Below are positions 28,110 to 38,003 of a DNA stretch of 43,423 nt, piece after piece. A program made the translations under genes and the position numbers. The stretch is from Chloroflexota bacterium (GTDB taxonomy: Bacteria > Chloroflexota > Dehalococcoidia > Dehalococcoidales > JACPPQ01), in contig JACPPQ010000017.1 of the NCBI GenBank assembly GCA_016190925.1, positions 1 to 43,423 on the forward strand, in the 5' to 3' direction. Positions within the stretch are counted from its first letter, which is position 1. Each line of letters opens with the position of its first letter. Under the pieces are notes generated by a model. It had not been told where the DNA came from, made no database searches, and saw only the letters and a list, made by a program, of their open reading frames with translations.

Positions 28110-28286
28110 GTATTTTCGGAAGATTTTTGTAAGGATTTGTGGAGGGTTATCATTAAGCTCAAAAGTCAAAGCTCAAAGCTCAAAATTGCATCGCAAAACT
28201 TAAAGCTGGAGGATGAAACAATCCCGGTACTTACACTGAAGGAATTCGCAATGGCGTTTGAGCTTTATGCTGGCACGGTGGGTAAT

Positions 28287-29054
28287 CTACAGTTGTCTGG
28301 CCCATTTTACCGCATTGAGGAAAATTTGAAAGCCGTCTCCGTACTTTTGAGCGCCCTGCCTGGGCCACTGCGGATGCTGGCTGCCCCGGATATGACGCTC
28401 AGGATGAGGCATCAGGGCAAAAACGCGCCCCGACGCGTCACAAATGCCGGCGATGTTTCCTACCGAGCCGTTGGGGTTGTGCGGATAGCCCGCGCTGGTA
28501 TCCCCCTTCTCGTCAGCGTAATACAGGGCTACGTTTGCCTCTGGAAAGTACGATGCGATAAACTTTCCTTCGCCGTGGGCAACAGGCAAATACATGCCCT
28601 CGATATCCCTGGTAAAGACGCAAGGGCTTTTCTGGTTCGCACGGAGATGCACCCAGCGGCATTCGAACTTGCCGGAATCGTTAGCAGTCAGGGTCACCCG
28701 CAACTGGCTCTTAAGCTGGGATGGCTCCGGCAAGATGCCTGTTTTCACCAGCACCTGGAAGCCATTGCAAATTCCCAGAATTAAACCACCTTTTTCGATA
28801 AATGCCAGTATATCCTCGCCAAGCTTCAGCATAAGCTCGTTGGCAAGGATTTTACCGGCCCCCAGGTCATCCCCATAGGTGAAGCCACCGGGGATTACCA
28901 TTATCTGGTAATCGGAGAGCCTCTTCTCACGGCTCACGAGCCGGTTAACGTGCAACAGGGATGATTCCGCCCCGGCCTGCTCAAAGGCAAAGGCTGTCTC
29001 GACATCACAATTGGCCCCCGGTGCGCGCAGTACCAGCACTTTTATTTTGCCCAC
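28287..29054 (-). CDS. purQ: FGAM synthase glutaminase subunit
   Basis: PGGFTYGD, GICNGFQ, HGEG, MPHPER. Confidence 0.96.
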   Translation of the reverse strand: MGKIKVLVLRAPGANCDVETAFAFEQAGAESSLLHVNRLVSREKRLSDYQIMVIPGGFTYGDDLGAGKILANELMLKLGEDILAFIEKGGLILGICNGFQVLVKTGILPEPSQLKSQLRVTLTANDSGKFECRWVHLRANQKSPCVFTRDIEGMYLPVAHGEGKFIASYFPEANVALYYADEKGDTSAGYPHNPNGSVGNIAGICDASGRVFALMPHPERHIRGSQHPQWPRQGAQKYGDGFQIFLNAVKWARQL

Positions 29055-29060
29055 GTTATC

Positions 29061-31919
29061 CTACCACCTGAGCGGCTTCTGCCAGGCTTCCTTCAATTGG
29101 TTAACAGGAACAGAAACGACTTTTCTACCGTCGACTCCGTAAACTTCGAGCACATCGGTATTGGTGACTTTGCCAATGACCGCAAAAGTGCTGCCGCTCA
29201 TCACCTTCTCAAACTGCTGCCATTTGTCCGGCGCAACCTCAACCAGGAAACGGCTGTTCGATTCGGAGAAGAGTATGGAATCGTCACGAGCAATCGGCTC
29301 ACCTAGTGGGACAGATTCGAGTTCTATCTTCGCGCCCAGACCACCGGCAAAAGCCATCTCGGCGACGGCCACACCGATGCCGCCTTCACTGCAATCGTGG
29401 CAGGCGTTCACCAAGCCTTTTCCGGTAGCGCTGCTCAAACTATCCATCAACGCCTTTGCCTGCTGCGGGTCGACTTCAGGCACATTGTTCCCCGTGAAGC
29501 CGCAGCTTCTGAAATACTCCGAGCCTCCCAGCTCGTTTTTTGTGATGCCTGTTATATATATCAGGTCGCCGGCCTTTTTGAAGTCCATCGATACGGCGCG
29601 GCTCACGTTATCCATAACCCCCATGGCAGAAATTAGCAGGGTGTGCGGGATAGAGATGAGCTTGCCTTCGTATTCAAATTCATTATTCAGGCTGTCCTTG
29701 CCGGAAATGAAGGGGGTCTGGTAGGCCAGCGACATGTCATGACAGGCCTGCGCCGCACGGACAAGCGCGCCGAGCATCTCCGGACGCCCGGTATTGCCCC
29801 AGCAGAAATTGTCCAGCAAAGCTACCTTTTTCAGATTTCCGCCCACGGCTATTATTTGCCTCAGTGCCTCATCGATGGCCGATGCGGCCATCCAGTAGGG
29901 GTCTATGTCCCCGTACTTGGGATTTATTCCGTTGGAGACAATCACACCCATATTAGAGTCAAGCACCGGCCTGATGATAGCGGCATCACTGGGGCCGTCA
30001 TTGTCCCTCCCGACCAGAGGCTTGAGCACATTTCCCCCCTGCACCTCATGGTCGTACTGGCGGATGACCCATTCCTTGCTGCACACATTCCATGAACCGA
30101 GCACCCGCAAAAGGTCACCGGTCAGGTCGGTCAGAGGAGGAAAGGCCGGCTCAACATACTGAGGCTGTTTCCATGTTGCCTCCCGCTCCACCTGTGGAAG
30201 ACCATCGTGCAGAAACTCCATATCCAGGTCGCAGACCTGGTTTCCCTGGTAGAAAAGCCGGAGCCGGCGGTCGTTGGTGAACTCACCGATAACCGCCGCC
30301 TCCACATCCTCGCTATCGAAGAGTTTCAGCAATTCTTCAATGTTTTCCGCAGGAACAGCAAGCACCATCCGCTCCTGCGACTCCGATATCCATATCTCCG
30401 AATAGGAAAGTCCGGTGTATTTCAAAGGGACTTTCTCCAGGTCCACACGTACGCCGGTATCAGCCCCCATCTCTCCCACAGCGGATGAAAGTCCTCCGCC
30501 GCCGCAGTCCGTGATGCGGCGGAAGAGCCTGCGGTCCCTGGCCTGCAATATAACGTCAATGACCTTCTTTTCCACGATGGCGTTGCCAATTTGCACCGAG
30601 CTCGAAGAGACCATGGTCGATTGGTCGGTGAGCTGCTCCGAAGCGAAGGTAACACCGTGGATTCCATCACGGCCGGTCCTTCCACCAACAACTACCACCA
30701 GGTCCCCGGGATGCTGCTGGCCCCTGCGGGCAACCTCCCTCGGAATCAGTCCAAGCGTCCCGCAGTAGACCAGGGGATTGGCGATGTACCTTTCATCGAA
30801 AAGGATAGCGCCGTTAAGTGTGGGTATGCCCAGGCGGTTGCCGTAGTCAGCCACCCCCGCCCTTACACCTTTGAAGATGCGGCGCGGATGCAGCACACCC
30901 CCGGGAAGCTTGTTATAGGGCAAGTCCGGCGGGCCGAAGCAAAAGACATCGGTATTAAGGATTGGTTTTGCGCCAAGCCCTGTGCCGAGCGGGTCACGGA
31001 CTACTCCCCCGATTCCGGTAGAAGCCCCGCCGTAAGGCTCAACCGCGGAAGGATGGTTGTGCGTCTCGACCTTGAAGCACAGCGCCCAGCGGCCATCGAA
31101 GTCAATCACTCCGGAGTTATCTTCGAAAACAGAAATGCACCACGGCTTATCCAGCTCACGGGTGGCCTTCATGATGGTGCTTTTGAGCAGATTATCGATG
31201 GTTGCGCCGTCAAACCTGATTTTACCCCTGAAGGTCTTGTGGACGCAGTGCTCTGACCAGGTCTGCGCCAGAGTCTCAAGCTCGGCATCGGTGGGGTTCC
31301 TCGCCTGGCGCTGGAAGTAGCCTGTAATGGTCTGGAGCTCCTCGACGGAGAAGCCGAAACGCTGCCTGACCTGCTGGAATACGGTATTATCCAGGCCGAG
31401 GAGTTCGACATAGCCCAACTTGAAAGTATACTGGGGGTTCTCAGGGAAGGCCACATGCTCCCGCTCAACCACGTGCTGGATAATGGGGTTTAACAGGAGC
31501 TTGCTTGAGATGGAGTCCAGTTGCCGCCGGGTCAGCGGCCCCTCTATGAGATAGCGTTTGGAGGTCTTGACCGCCCTGACACCCCCCACACCCAAGTCTT
31601 TGATGGCCTTCATGGCGGAGCCTTCCACCGGGTCGGTGACGCCCGGGTTATAGGCTACTTCTACCGTATGAAAGTCGGCATTGGGTTTTTCCCTAGCGGG
31701 CTTCACGCCGTAATGATATTCCTGGGTAACCGGGTCGGCGAAGAGGTTGCAACAAATCGACTCCAGTTCACCAGTCGTCAGGTCAGCATCCAGCCAGTAA
31801 ATGTCCTCCACGCGGACATTTGAGACATTGGTTATTTCCAGGTCGTGGATGTCTTTGACCAGGCCGAGACCCCGGGGGTCGGGCAGGTCACTCCTCAGGC
31901 TGACTTCTATTTTATGCAT
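29061..31919 (-). CDS. purL: FGAM synthase subunit PurL with two fused N-terminal PurS-like domains
   Basis: WSEHCVHK, KVETHNHPS, GRTGRDG, SESQERM, SGKDSL, HDCSEGG. Confidence 0.96.
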   Translation of the reverse strand: MHKIEVSLRSDLPDPRGLGLVKDIHDLEITNVSNVRVEDIYWLDADLTTGELESICCNLFADPVTQEYHYGVKPAREKPNADFHTVEVAYNPGVTDPVEGSAMKAIKDLGVGGVRAVKTSKRYLIEGPLTRRQLDSISSKLLLNPIIQHVVEREHVAFPENPQYTFKLGYVELLGLDNTVFQQVRQRFGFSVEELQTITGYFQRQARNPTDAELETLAQTWSEHCVHKTFRGKIRFDGATIDNLLKSTIMKATRELDKPWCISVFEDNSGVIDFDGRWALCFKVETHNHPSAVEPYGGASTGIGGVVRDPLGTGLGAKPILNTDVFCFGPPDLPYNKLPGGVLHPRRIFKGVRAGVADYGNRLGIPTLNGAILFDERYIANPLVYCGTLGLIPREVARRGQQHPGDLVVVVGGRTGRDGIHGVTFASEQLTDQSTMVSSSSVQIGNAIVEKKVIDVILQARDRRLFRRITDCGGGGLSSAVGEMGADTGVRVDLEKVPLKYTGLSYSEIWISESQERMVLAVPAENIEELLKLFDSEDVEAAVIGEFTNDRRLRLFYQGNQVCDLDMEFLHDGLPQVEREATWKQPQYVEPAFPPLTDLTGDLLRVLGSWNVCSKEWVIRQYDHEVQGGNVLKPLVGRDNDGPSDAAIIRPVLDSNMGVIVSNGINPKYGDIDPYWMAASAIDEALRQIIAVGGNLKKVALLDNFCWGNTGRPEMLGALVRAAQACHDMSLAYQTPFISGKDSLNNEFEYEGKLISIPHTLLISAMGVMDNVSRAVSMDFKKAGDLIYITGITKNELGGSEYFRSCGFTGNNVPEVDPQQAKALMDSLSSATGKGLVNACHDCSEGGIGVAVAEMAFAGGLGAKIELESVPLGEPIARDDSILFSESNSRFLVEVAPDKWQQFEKVMSGSTFAVIGKVTNTDVLEVYGVDGRKVVSVPVNQLKEAWQKPLRW

Positions 31920-32024
31920 AGGGTCGTAGCCTCGAAATCAACGGGGTGTGGACTGGGGTGTCAGCCGGAGAAACCAGAAACGGAAGACTGGTATCTTGTA
32001 TTACAAGACTGTTACATAGCCTCC

Positions 32025-32063
32025 TGTCATTGCGAGCCCTTCCGCAGAAGGGCGAAGCAATCC
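32025..32063. repeat. REP-like element (TGTCATTGCGAG...GAAGCAATC)
   Basis: Inverse of the 2290 and 22550 family. Confidence 0.7.
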
Positions 32064-32131
32064 GTATGGTTGACCGAGTACGTTCTTTGTTGAGGTACAA
32101 GATGTAAACTTTTGATTTCAGATTCAGAAGA

Positions 32132-32626
32132 CTATCCGAGCAACTCGGTGACAACGACATTTATTTCCCGTCCGTCCGCCTTGCCCTTAAGCTGAGACAT
32201 CAGTTTGGGCATAACCTTGCCTTTATCGCGGGGACCCTGTGCCCCTACTTCCTGGATGACCCGCCGTACCTCAGCCACAATCTCATCGCGGGTCAGCTGG
32301 CGCGGCAGGTATTCGTTCAGCACTGCCAGCTCGGCTTCCTCTTTGGCAACCAGGTCTGCCCGGCCGCCCTTTTTAAAGGCCTCGATGCTTTCCTGGCGTT
32401 GCTTGACCTCTTTGGCAATAACGCCCAGAATATCCGGGTCAGAAAGGGGCGCATTGCGGGCGATTTCCGTGTTGACAATGGCCGACTTCAGCAACCGCAA
32501 AGTCGAGACGCGAGTCTGGGCTTTCTCCAGCATGGCCTTCTTGAGGTCATCAGCCATTTTCTGCCTTAGTGGAGAACTCTGAGTATCCCGCCAGTGAGGA
32601 GTGCTTTCCTGTTCTGTTTGGCTCAT
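32132..32626 (-). CDS. GatB/YqeY domain protein
   Basis: DLKKAM...LRLLKSAI...KQRQESI..F..GGR..YLP..L...GKADG; follows rpsU. Confidence 0.93.
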   Translation of the reverse strand: MSQTEQESTPHWRDTQSSPLRQKMADDLKKAMLEKAQTRVSTLRLLKSAIVNTEIARNAPLSDPDILGVIAKEVKQRQESIEAFKKGGRADLVAKEEAELAVLNEYLPRQLTRDEIVAEVRRVIQEVGAQGPRDKGKVMPKLMSQLKGKADGREINVVVTELLG

Positions 32627-32631
32627 CGAAA

Positions 32632-32826
32632 TTATCTGCTGCTTCGCGGCGCTCTGGAACTCTTGCGCCTCTTGGCCGCTTCCTTGCGCTTCCGTTTAAT
32701 GCTGGGCTTCTCATAGTGCTCTCGGCGGCGTATCTCGGAAAGAATACCCGCCTGCTGCACTCTCCTGTTAAACCGCTTCAGTAAACTTTCGAAATCCTCA
32801 TTCTCTGACGCTATTACGTCGGTCAA
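32632..32826 (-). CDS. rpsU: 30S ribosomal protein S21
   Basis: ESLLKRF...[12 protein letters not shown]. Confidence 0.96.
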   Translation of the reverse strand: MTDVIASENEDFESLLKRFNRRVQQAGILSEIRRREHYEKPSIKRKRKEAAKRRKSSRAPRSSR

Positions 32827-32871
32827 ACAACATCACCCCTTCATGACCATAATAATTTTGGACACCATCCC

Positions 32872-32900
32872 ATTTTAGACATACGGCGGCGGTATGTCAA
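32872..32900 (-). promoter_or_regulatory. rpsU promoter containing an inverted repeat
   Basis: TTGACA-17-TAAAAT; GACATAC-N7-GTATGTC. Confidence 0.75.
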
Positions 32901-33140
32901 GAAAAATAGAAGGTTTGTTATTTACCAATGTCCATACACATGGGAAGAAATATTTGCAGGGCGTAATCCCTTGAAAAATTAGAGCAAATTCACCATCTGA
33001 AAAGAGGGGGCTTTTTATTATGAAGTAACATCTTTCGACTATTGGCAAACACTCCACTTGTCTGCTATCATCCACTACACGTGAACATATTTTCATGAAA
33101 GATAATATTCAGAAGCCGCCTTAAGAATCCGGAAGAACCA

Positions 33141-33716
33141 ATGGAAAACGAAAAGGCCATACCCAGCACGATTTCAGTCATCATACAATCAGCCAATCCC
33201 GTTTTCATCCTTCTTGCCATCGGACTACCTGTTGGCACGTTAATCTACGCCCTCAATTTTGGTCCTCTTGTGAGCCTCAACTTTGTTCACATCATGAACG
33301 GCGCTCTCTGGACGGGCATTGACCTGTTTATGGGCTTCGTTCTCGGCCCAGTGCTGGGCGGGATGGAGCCTAAAGACCGCGCCGCCGTGTTCCGCCGCCT
33401 GGTACCGAAGATGATCTTTCTCATGCCAGCGCTGGCTACGGTTACTACGATATCCGGCTTTGAGCTGGCGCAAAGGCTCGGCTATTCCCTCAGCAATCCG
33501 TGGGCAATCGCGGCGATTGTCATAGTGTCCCTGTTGACCATCCAGGGATTTGGAGTATTACTCCCTAATGAAATCCGCGTCTTTCAGCAGCTGCTATCCA
33601 GGACGCCGGACATCGAGAAGATTTCCAGGCTGGGCATGAGAAACGCAAAACTTGGCGGCCTTCAGGGACTGTTTCAAATCGCCATCATCATCGTCATGGC
33701 AAATCTCAGGTTTTGA
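33141..33716 (+). CDS. Uncharacterised multi-TM membrane protein
   Basis: About 5 hydrophobic segments; FVHIMNGALWTGIDLFMG motif. Confidence 0.8.
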   Translation: MENEKAIPSTISVIIQSANPVFILLAIGLPVGTLIYALNFGPLVSLNFVHIMNGALWTGIDLFMGFVLGPVLGGMEPKDRAAVFRRLVPKMIFLMPALATVTTISGFELAQRLGYSLSNPWAIAAIVIVSLLTIQGFGVLLPNEIRVFQQLLSRTPDIEKISRLGMRNAKLGGLQGLFQIAIIIVMANLRF

Positions 33717-33759
33717 AATTGACATCAGCCAAAACACGAACAAAAAGACGGAGGAACAA

Positions 33760-34446
33760 ATGAGGAAAACGGTCTACCTTATTGTAGGGCTACTGCTGGC
33801 AATCCCTCTGATGTTGCCAGCCTGCGCTAAAACGGCCCCCACACCACCACCAACGCCAACCCAGATTGTAACCAAGTTCAATGTCAGCTATGGGGCTGCG
33901 CCGGCTGCCGGTTGGAAATGGGGCGTGGCGGAGCTTACAACAGGGGCAGATGAGCGAACCACGAGCACTGCGCGGCATGGATTCGCCTGGATATTCTACG
34001 TCGTCCGTGGTTCCACCGAGGTTGGCATTGCCGGTGAGAAAAAGGTGGTTTCCGCCGGTGACGCAGTGTTGGTACCAGCGCAACAGGACCACACCCACCG
34101 CTATCCTCCACAAAGTCAGGTGCTTATATTCCGCCCGGCTGACCGCCCGTTCGGCGACTTTCATCAAGGAAACCGACTCTGGGAGTCCGACGCGTCACTA
34201 GCCCTGAACGCAGGGCAGAACTATTCAACCAGAATAAGGGAGTATACTCTTGCACCAGGGGTAGCGAACCTTACCGCAGAAGGTCAGTGGGGATACGTTT
34301 TGGAAGGAACGCTCACTCTGCGTGAAGGCGGCACTGCGACTACCCACCAGGCTGGCAAAGTCTTCGCTTTGACATCGAATGCGAGCCAGGTCCTGAACAA
34401 TGAAGGACCCACACCTGTGCGATTCATAGCGGTAGGCTTGCATTAA
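33760..34446 (+). CDS. Lipoprotein with two cupin domains
   Basis: GGAGG RBS; signal peptide ending LPAC; Pro/Thr linker; H..WIFYVVRG...AGD...P..DH and YVLEG...AG cupin motifs. Confidence 0.8.
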   Translation: MRKTVYLIVGLLLAIPLMLPACAKTAPTPPPTPTQIVTKFNVSYGAAPAAGWKWGVAELTTGADERTTSTARHGFAWIFYVVRGSTEVGIAGEKKVVSAGDAVLVPAQQDHTHRYPPQSQVLIFRPADRPFGDFHQGNRLWESDASLALNAGQNYSTRIREYTLAPGVANLTAEGQWGYVLEGTLTLREGGTATTHQAGKVFALTSNASQVLNNEGPTPVRFIAVGLH

Positions 34447-34614
34447 TTCCTTAAAAGCGAGGTATTTGAGTAAAGTATGTGTCACCTCTTCGCGTTAAAG
34501 TGGCAGAAAGGAGAAAAGCCGCTCGGCTCTGCTAATAGAGGGCGGCAGGGGCGCTAAAAACGTAAAACATAGCCGTATCTCATAGACACCTTTTACAAAT
34601 TTAAGGAGGTGCTC

Positions 34615-35112
34615 ATGCAAGCAGTGGAAACAAACAAACGTTTAGTCAAATTCATTGTCGCTGCCGTTCTTTTCTTCGCCTGGGGTGTGATTCAGGGTGC
34701 TATTCAGGCGCAAGGCCCGGTACATGAGTTCATTGACCAGGGACCGGCTGGCATCATAGTCGGCGCGCACGTCCACATCAATCTCCTGGGATGGGTCTCC
34801 CTGATGGCAGCAGCGCTGGCTTACTACCTGGTGCCGATACTCACCGGCAATCCCATTGCCGCACCACGCCTTATTAACGTGATTTTCTGGGTCTGGGTGA
34901 TTGACCTGGTGATAAATTCAATCTTAATGATTAGCGTAGGCATCGTCGCCGGCAATGCCTTCATCGCCGGGGTCAAAGGTCCGCAGCTAGGCGCAATTAT
35001 GGAGCCATTCATGATACCAATCGGTATATTGAGCATCATATGCGCCATTGTCCTGGTGATGTTTGTGGTGCAGATACTGGCCAGCATTGGCCGGAAAGCA
35101 AGCCAGGCATAG
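34615..35112 (+). CDS. Small 4-TM protein with AHxHxNLLGW motif (cbb3 oxidase subunit I-like fragment family)
   Basis: AAGGAGG RBS; GAHVHINLLGWVS. Confidence 0.75.
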   Translation: MQAVETNKRLVKFIVAAVLFFAWGVIQGAIQAQGPVHEFIDQGPAGIIVGAHVHINLLGWVSLMAAALAYYLVPILTGNPIAAPRLINVIFWVWVIDLVINSILMISVGIVAGNAFIAGVKGPQLGAIMEPFMIPIGILSIICAIVLVMFVVQILASIGRKASQA

Positions 35113-35344
35113 CAGACGGTTAGGCTTTGAGGACTTGCGGCTTCATTCACCGGCTTCAAGTGCTTGGGTGGTGACTTCCTGGCGATGACCTCATCGTTCG
35201 CTCCTCTTCAATATCTTCCTTGCGGCCACCACCCCTGAGGCGGAAGCTTGTGCCAACCATCCGCCGCTCATGAGGTCAAGAAATCCACCCCAACGGTCGC
35301 TCCGATGGCAACGAATCATCTATCTCAAGCCTCACATGGGACTC

Positions 35345-35373
35345 TTGACATGGCCAGGTCAACAGAGTAGAGT
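35345..35373 (+). promoter_or_regulatory. Promoter for the MFS gene with overlapping inverted repeat
   Basis: TTGACA-17-TAGAGT; TTGAC-N8-GTCAA. Confidence 0.6.
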
Positions 35374-35423
35374 GTCCCGTGACTGCTTGAGGTGAAGATG
35401 TCCTCTCTAACGAGACAAAGACC

Positions 35424-36644
35424 GTGACCGCACAATCGTCAAAAAACGGGGGCTACCGGTGGGTGATACTGGTGGTAGCGTCCCTGATTCAGGCTATAGT
35501 GTCCATGTCCGTTTTCTCATTCGGCCCCCTGGCGCCATTCCTCCGGGATGCCTTTGACATAACCCGTGTTCAGCTCGGGGTCTTCGCGTCCCTTTTTGCC
35601 CTGTCATCGATGTTCGTGAGTGTGCCCGGCGGGTGGCTGGTCGACAGGTTCGGCATTCGCAAACTGCTTCTGTTGGGACCCGGAGCTTTCGGGCTGTTTT
35701 TCGTCCTCTTTTCACGGGTGCCGGACATCAGCACGGGCTATGTCATGGTTTTTCTGGCGGGACTGGGTAACGCCTTCGTCACACCGGTCACAACTGTGGC
35801 GCTGGTGCACTGGTTCTCCGTGAACAGCAGGGCTACAGCGGTCAGCCTCAAACAATCCGGGTTGACAATCGGAACAGCCGCCGGAGCGGTAATGGTGCCT
35901 ACCCTGGCCTTATCGCTCGGCTGGAGGGACACGGTAGCAATACTGGGAGCGATTTCTGTGGCAGTTGCCATCGCCAGTTTCGCCATCTACCGCAGACCAG
36001 CCAGCCAACCATCGACAGGACGGTTGCCTGCGCTATCGACACTCCGCCAGGTGATGGGCAATAAAAGACTCTTGAGACTGGGAATGGCCGGCTCGGTCTT
36101 TATCGGACTGCAATTCTGCGTATCAAGCTACCTGGTACTGCAGATGGTAGAAGTGAGGCAACTGTCCGCAGTTATTGCGGGCACCTTCCTGATGACGGTG
36201 AATCTCGGAGGCACTTTTGGCCGCATATTGTGGGGGACACTCAGCGACAGAAGTTTTCGCGGTCAGAGGAGGCCGGTGTTGCTCATGGTCACCACCATAA
36301 GCGGCATTACGGCCCTCGTTTTATCTGCAGCCAGCGATACCATGCCCTGGTGGCTGCTATATTTAACTGTCGGCGTTCTTGGTCTGAGTGGTTTCGGGTT
36401 TAACGGAGTTTACCTCACCTTTGCTACCGAGATATCGGGCCAGGAAACTGCGGCAACGGGTCTGGGCTGGGTGGTAACCGTCCACGCCGTAGGAGTCCTT
36501 TTTGGTCCGCCATTATTCGGATACATCGTAGACAGCACATCCTCTTACAATCCGGCATGGCTGGTCTTCGGCATTCTGACGGTAGTTGCCTCCCTTTCCC
36601 TCATGTTTATCAGGGAACATAAGCCGGTGATAGCTCAAACGTAA
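35424..36644 (+). CDS. MFS transporter
   Basis: About 12 TM segments; GWLVDRFGIR motif A; GTLSDR. Confidence 0.93.
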   Translation: MTAQSSKNGGYRWVILVVASLIQAIVSMSVFSFGPLAPFLRDAFDITRVQLGVFASLFALSSMFVSVPGGWLVDRFGIRKLLLLGPGAFGLFFVLFSRVPDISTGYVMVFLAGLGNAFVTPVTTVALVHWFSVNSRATAVSLKQSGLTIGTAAGAVMVPTLALSLGWRDTVAILGAISVAVAIASFAIYRRPASQPSTGRLPALSTLRQVMGNKRLLRLGMAGSVFIGLQFCVSSYLVLQMVEVRQLSAVIAGTFLMTVNLGGTFGRILWGTLSDRSFRGQRRPVLLMVTTISGITALVLSAASDTMPWWLLYLTVGVLGLSGFGFNGVYLTFATEISGQETAATGLGWVVTVHAVGVLFGPPLFGYIVDSTSSYNPAWLVFGILTVVASLSLMFIREHKPVIAQT

Positions 36645-36827
36645 ACTATCGATGTTTGCTTGATTTTCATTATCGTCTCTCGGCGTTATGTCAAAAACCT
36701 GGTATTTTCCCATTAAATTATTTCAGGCAGCTCCGCCATACCATTGGTAGTCAGCACCTAGAAATGAAGTCAGAATCAAGCTATAATAGTAAATTGTCGC
36801 CGAATAATGGTTTGCTAAGGAGAGGGC

Positions 36828-38003
36828 TTGGACAAAGAGAAGTTGAAGGGCGTGGCCATCAAAGAAGTGGATAGCCGCCAGGATGAGCTCCGCGACCTGA
36901 GCCTGAAGATACACTCTAATCCGGAACAAGGCTTTCATGAGGTCCAGGCTGCCGCCTGGCTGACCGGGTACCTGGAGAAAAACGGCTTCTCGGTGGAACG
37001 GGGTATCTACGGCCTGGAAACAGCCTTCCGCGCCCGCTACGGCAGTGGAAGACCTGCTATCGCCTTGATGGCGGAGTATGACTCCCTGCCGGCTGTGGGA
37101 CATGCCTGCGGACACAACATCATTTCAACCTCCGCCGCCGGCGCGGGGGTCGCTTCAAAAATGGCCGTCGATAGCCTGAGCGGGAGCGTGCTTGTCATCG
37201 GGACGCCCGCCGAGGAGATATACGGGGGCAAGGCGCTCATGGCGGAAAGGGGAGCCTTTAGCGACCTGGATATAGCCATGATGGTGCATCCGGCGTCTTA
37301 CAATGTCTCTGCCATGGAAGCCCTGGCCTGCCAGACCCTGCAGGTCGAGTTCTTTGGGCGGGCAGCCCACGCCGCCGCCCAGCCGGAGGCAGGAATCAAC
37401 GCCCTGGAAGCCATGCTCCTGTCGTTCAACGCCATCAACTCGCTGAGACAGCACATCAGAAACAGGGCGCGCATCCACGGAATCATCACCGATGGGGGCA
37501 AGGCAGCCAACATCGTCCCGGACCATAGCGCCGGCGATTTCATCGTGCGGGCCGGCGATAATGAGTATCTCACAGACCTGAAAGAGCGGGTGCTGGACTG
37601 CTTCATCGGGGCTGCAACCGCTACCGGCGCGCGCCTGGAGTATAAGTGGGGAGACGTCTGCTACTCCGCACTCCGCAATAACAACACCCTCATCGGGCTA
37701 TTCAACGAAAACATGAAGACCGTGGGGCGAGAGATGCTGCCGGTCATCCCCGGACAGTCATTCGGCAGCACGGACATGGGCAATGTCAGCCAGCTCGTTC
37801 CAAGCATCCACCCCTTTATCGCCATAACGGACGTGAACGTGCTGATTCACTCCCCGCAGTTCGCGGAGGCAGCCGCCTCGGAGAGGGCTATCGAGGGACT
37901 GCTCGATGCCGCCAAGGCTCTGGCCATGACCGTTATCGACTTGCTAGCCAGCCCCGAAACGGTTGCGAAAGCAAAAGAGGAGTTTACACTGGGAAATGAT
38001 TAG
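36828..38003 (+). CDS. M20 family amidohydrolase
   Basis: IHSNPE, EYDSL...HACGHN, GTPAEE, AAHAA, GSTDMGNVS, H. Confidence 0.93.
   Translation: MDKEKLKGVAIKEVDSRQDELRDLSLKIHSNPEQGFHEVQAAAWLTGYLEKNGFSVERGIYGLETAFRARYGSGRPAIALMAEYDSLPAVGHACGHNIISTSAAGAGVASKMAVDSLSGSVLVIGTPAEEIYGGKALMAERGAFSDLDIAMMVHPASYNVSAMEALACQTLQVEFFGRAAHAAAQPEAGINALEAMLLSFNAINSLRQHIRNRARIHGIITDGGKAANIVPDHSAGDFIVRAGDNEYLTDLKERVLDCFIGAATATGARLEYKWGDVCYSALRNNNTLIGLFNENMKTVGREMLPVIPGQSFGSTDMGNVSQLVPSIHPFIAITDVNVLIHSPQFAEAAASERAIEGLLDAAKALAMTVIDLLASPETVAKAKEEFTLGND

Noticed and set aside
28137-28286. Start of a 215-aa plus-strand ORF
   Set aside because: Begins in heptamer repeats and continues antisense to purQ
33083-33094. 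Extra LexA boxes (GAACATATTTTC here; GAACTATTCTTC near 28045)
   Set aside because: One mismatch in the conserved GTTC half-site and no SOS-type gene downstream
32875-33096. 73-aa minus-strand ORF
   Set aside because: No RBS or motif; runs through the rpsU promoter in AT-rich intergenic DNA
35113-35340. Possible pseudogene or structured RNA
   Set aside because: No recognisable protein fragment or convincing helices found by eye
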